The notes under the pieces were generated by a model that was not told where the DNA came from, searched no databases, and worked only from the letters and a program-made list of their open reading frames with translations. Positions 29,468 to 32,000 of a DNA stretch of 32,000 nt are shown piece after piece (within the stretch, counting starts at the first letter, position 1; the number at the start of each line of letters is the position of its first letter). Origin of the DNA: Trichodesmium erythraeum IMS101 (GTDB lineage Bacteria > Cyanobacteriota > Cyanobacteriia > Cyanobacteriales > Microcoleaceae); the NCBI RefSeq assembly GCF_000014265.1, contig NC_008312.1, positions 6,510,001 through 6,542,000 of the forward strand. The letters are read 5' to 3'. A program made the position numbers and the translations under genes.

Positions 29468-29891
29468 ATGACACACAATACCTCAGTAAATACTCCATAT
29501 CTAGTCAAAACCCTGAGACAGGGTTTAGGACTATCTCAGACAAAATTTGCTAAACACTTAGGTATGTCATTCCAGACGGCAAATAATAGGGAAAATGGAC
29601 ATAGCCGCTCATCTCCAATAGTGATAAAATCAATCTACTCACTAAATTAAGGTATTAGGAAAAGATAAAACAGGTTTATTAAAGAGGTTTTTGTCTGAAG
29701 AGTCTGGAGTAAGTTTAGCAATTTTATTTCAGGCGTTACAACCTTTATCAAAACTAGAAAGAATGTCTAATATTACTGAGGGAGTAATGGAAATGAGTGA
29801 TGAAGAAGCTCATTATTGGTTTGGTAAAATTAATAATGGTAAACGCAGTCCAGCTTTGAAAGCGATGAGAGTTTTATTAGGAGACCTGTAA
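29468..29891 (+). pseudogene. XRE-family HTH gene apparently split by a +1 frameshift (ORFs 29468-29650 and 29646/29691-29891)
   Basis: ORF1 has an XRE HTH (LRQGLGLSQTKFAKHLGMSFQTANNRENGHSRSSP). It stops at 29648-29650 inside ctaaattaagg. The +1 frame is open from 29646 (IKVLGKDKTGLLKRFLSEESGVS...) and continues into the second ORF, which has only a TTG start. One indel would fuse them into a protein of about 140 aa. The usual RWENG Trp is Arg here (agg instead of tgg). Confidence 0.5.
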
Positions 29892-29955
29892 ATAAATATA
29901 TATATCGCGGCCATATTTTCACTAATATCTATCCATTATTTATAGGAAAAAATAA

Positions 29956-32000
29956 ATGAATAATTCCCAACGTCCGACTGTTTTTATTGAAAAAATTATG
30001 CCTGTGAAATTATTAAATCAACAGGTTTATTATGAACATGGAGGTAATCCTTTTAAGGGGTTGCATCGCTGGTATTCTCGTAAACCTTTATCGTTTTCAA
30101 GAGCTTCGGTTTTAGCTTCTTTATTGCCTGATGATATTTCTGTAGAAGAGTTTGAGTATTTATTAGGGTTGAAAAAGCGGAGCAATTCTATTCAAAAAAG
30201 TGAACAGTATAAAGATGATACTAGGCTTTATAAAATTCCTCCTGATGAAACAAGAATTAAGCAGGTACATGACTACTGTGAGAAAACCTGGGGGACGAGA
30301 ACACCTACTATTTTGGATGCGTTCGGTGGTGGTGGGAGTATTCCTTTTGAAGCAGCGCGGTATGGGTTGAATGTTTTGGCATCAGATTTGAATCCGGTGG
30401 CAGTGGTGACAATGAAAGCAGCGATGGAATATCCTTTGAAATTCGGACCTGACTTGCAGCAGGATATTGATAAGTGGGTGCAGTGGGTAGAGGATGAGGC
30501 AGAGAAACGGTTAGCTGAGTTTTTCCCGTCGTTGCCAGGGGAAACGGTGCAGAATTATTTGTGGGCCCATACGGTGGTTTGTCCGAGTTGTCAGTCGGTT
30601 GTGCCTTTGAGTCCGAATTGGTGGTTATACAAACGCCCGGAAAAGCAGAATTTACATAAATGGTGTGCGGTGAAACCTATTCCTAATCTTGAAGGGAAGC
30701 GGGTTGATTTTGAGTTGATAAAAGGAAGTAAGGGAAAGGGTACGACTATTAAGACTGATGAGGGTGAGTTCGACCCGAATGATTACAACACTATTAGTAG
30801 GGGTGTGGGTAAATGTCCGAATTGTGGTAGCGTGATTGAGGATGATGCAATTAAATCTCAGGCACGGTCAGGAAAGCTTGGGCATCAAATGTATGCAGTG
30901 GCATTTAAAAAAGGTAAGGGAAGTTTAGAGTTTAGATTACCTCAAAATGTTGACTTTGATGGATTGGGTAAAACTGATTATTATTTGAATAGTAGTTTTG
31001 AGGAATTTCAATTAAGTGGTTTATTACCAGAAATCGAAATTAACTCTGGTGAGAAAACAGACGAACTTATTAGATATGGAATTAACCAATGGTCAAAATT
31101 ATTTAATCCCCGTCAACTTCTAACCCTTGTCACTTATGTCGAAATTATTAACGATGTTAAGTTACAATTACAAGCAGAATATGAACCCGATAAAGTAGAG
31201 GCGATCGCTACTTATTTGACTTTGCTCCTAGAGCGGTGCATTGATAAAAATTCACGTTTATCTTGTTGGGATTCTTCGGTTGCAGTTGCTCAAAAGGCTT
31301 CTGTACAACACTCACTCAACTTGATGTGGAATTACCCAGAATTTAGCGGTAATGGAAAATTATGGAATTGGTGTTCCGATGTTACTTCAAATTACCAAAA
31401 GCTTTGTGCATTATTCAACTCTAAACCCCTACCTATTGACACCCAACAACACAACAAAACAATTCAAATAGACTCCGCATCAGCAGACACCCTCTACCAC
31501 ATCAGCGATAACTCAGTAGATGCCATCATCACCGACCCGCCCTACTACGCCACCATTCAATACGCCGAACTATCGGACTTTTTCTACGTCTGGCAGCGCC
31601 GAGTCTTAGGCGATATCTTCCCCGACCTCTACTTAACCGAACTCACCGACAAAGACAGAGAAGCAGTTGCCAACCCCTCCCGCTTCCGCAACATGGGAAC
31701 ATCCCCCGATGAACTTGCAAACCAAGACTACGAAGCAAAAATTGCACTCGCCTTTGCCGAACATTACCGAGTCTTGCGCGACGACGGCGTAATGACGGTA
31801 CAATTTAACCACAAAGAGTCCGGCGCGTGGGATGTCTTAGCAAAATCTCTCATTGACGCTGGTTTTGAAATCACCGCATCTTGGGCAGTCAGTACTGAAA
31901 ACCCCCAAAACCTCCATCAAGCTAAGAAAAATTCTGTTTCCAGCACCGTCTTACTTGTCTGTCGCAAACGTGACCCCAACGCCCCTCAAGCATGGTGGGA
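29956..32000 (+). CDS. Zn-ribbon DNA methyltransferase of the DUF1156 / COG1743 type (5' partial view; the ORF runs off the window end)
   Basis: Translated by hand from the ATG at 29956: 681 codons with no stop up to position 32000. It is absent from the ORF track, presumably because it has no stop in the window. N-terminus MNNSQRPTVFIEKIMPVKLLNQQVYYEHGGNPFKGLHRWYSRKP. SAM motif I ILDAFGGGGSIPFEAARYG. Cys pairs CPSC ... CPNCG form the Zn ribbon. LFNPRQLLTL is present, and catalytic motif IV is AIITDPPYY. An AGGA lies about 10 nt upstream of the start. Confidence 0.85.
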   Translation, partial: MNNSQRPTVFIEKIMPVKLLNQQVYYEHGGNPFKGLHRWYSRKPLSFSRASVLASLLPDDISVEEFEYLLGLKKRSNSIQKSEQYKDDTRLYKIPPDETRIKQVHDYCEKTWGTRTPTILDAFGGGGSIPFEAARYGLNVLASDLNPVAVVTMKAAMEYPLKFGPDLQQDIDKWVQWVEDEAEKRLAEFFPSLPGETVQNYLWAHTVVCPSCQSVVPLSPNWWLYKRPEKQNLHKWCAVKPIPNLEGKRVDFELIKGSKGKGTTIKTDEGEFDPNDYNTISRGVGKCPNCGSVIEDDAIKSQARSGKLGHQMYAVAFKKGKGSLEFRLPQNVDFDGLGKTDYYLNSSFEEFQLSGLLPEIEINSGEKTDELIRYGINQWSKLFNPRQLLTLVTYVEIINDVKLQLQAEYEPDKVEAIATYLTLLLERCIDKNSRLSCWDSSVAVAQKASVQHSLNLMWNYPEFSGNGKLWNWCSDVTSNYQKLCALFNSKPLPIDTQQHNKTIQIDSASADTLYHISDNSVDAIITDPPYYATIQYAELSDFFYVWQRRVLGDIFPDLYLTELTDKDREAVANPSRFRNMGTSPDELANQDYEAKIALAFAEHYRVLRDDGVMTVQFNHKESGAWDVLAKSLIDAGFEITASWAVSTENPQNLHQAKKNSVSSTVLLVCRKRDPNAPQAWW

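Noticed and set aside
29248-30187. Exact 15-nt repeat aaaagcggagcaatt at 29248-29262 and 30173-30187
   Set aside because: A single 15-mer match is roughly what chance predicts among all pairs in a 32-kb A/T-biased window. One copy is coding and the other is not, and the flanks do not align.
1-32000. Search by eye for tRNA, rRNA, riboswitch or group II intron signatures in the long spacers
   Set aside because: No T-loop (GGTTCGAATCC-like) or anticodon-arm arrangement was seen, no rRNA-like conserved blocks and no reverse-transcriptase ORF. Absence by eye is weak evidence, so a covariance-model scan should be run.

Overview
This looks like a chromosomal segment from an AT-rich cyanobacterium. 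Nine HIP1 octamers (GCGATCGC) are present, and protein-coding genes are separated by unusually long A/T-rich spacers of 1-1.6 kb. That pattern is reminiscent of Trichodesmium-like filamentous cyanobacteria, but this is inference only.

Left part (0-3.7 kb): an HxlR-type regulator, then a soluble PAS histidine kinase paired with an Rcp1-like receiver.

Centre (about 4.7-22.6 kb): a complete chemosensory cluster.
- A REC-CheC fusion is divergent from cheA and cheW.
- An intact IS630 element sits 5 nt after cheW, followed by cheB and cheR.
- These converge on a 1150-aa transmembrane-less MCP. It carries about 18 HAMP domains, 14 of them encoded by seven near-identical 276-bp tandem repeats.
- Upstream of the MCP on the same strand are a ParA/MinD-like ATPase and a REC-GGDEF diguanylate cyclase.
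- There is no stand-alone CheY, so the logic resembles a Wsp-like c-di-GMP pathway with a cytoplasmic, possibly ParA-positioned receptor array.

Right part: housekeeping pcrA/uvrD, then a 1.36-kb non-coding leader, then a probable accessory (defence/R-M-like) module.
- A divergent SF1 UvrD-like helicase with an unassigned, roughly 190-aa N-terminal region.
- A frameshifted XRE-family gene.
- A Zn-ribbon DPPY methyltransferase of the DUF1156 type. It is not in the ORF track because it runs off the window end, and its composition is visibly mosaic.

No rRNA, tRNA or CRISPR array was recognised by eye. All coordinates of motifs and repeats were counted by hand.
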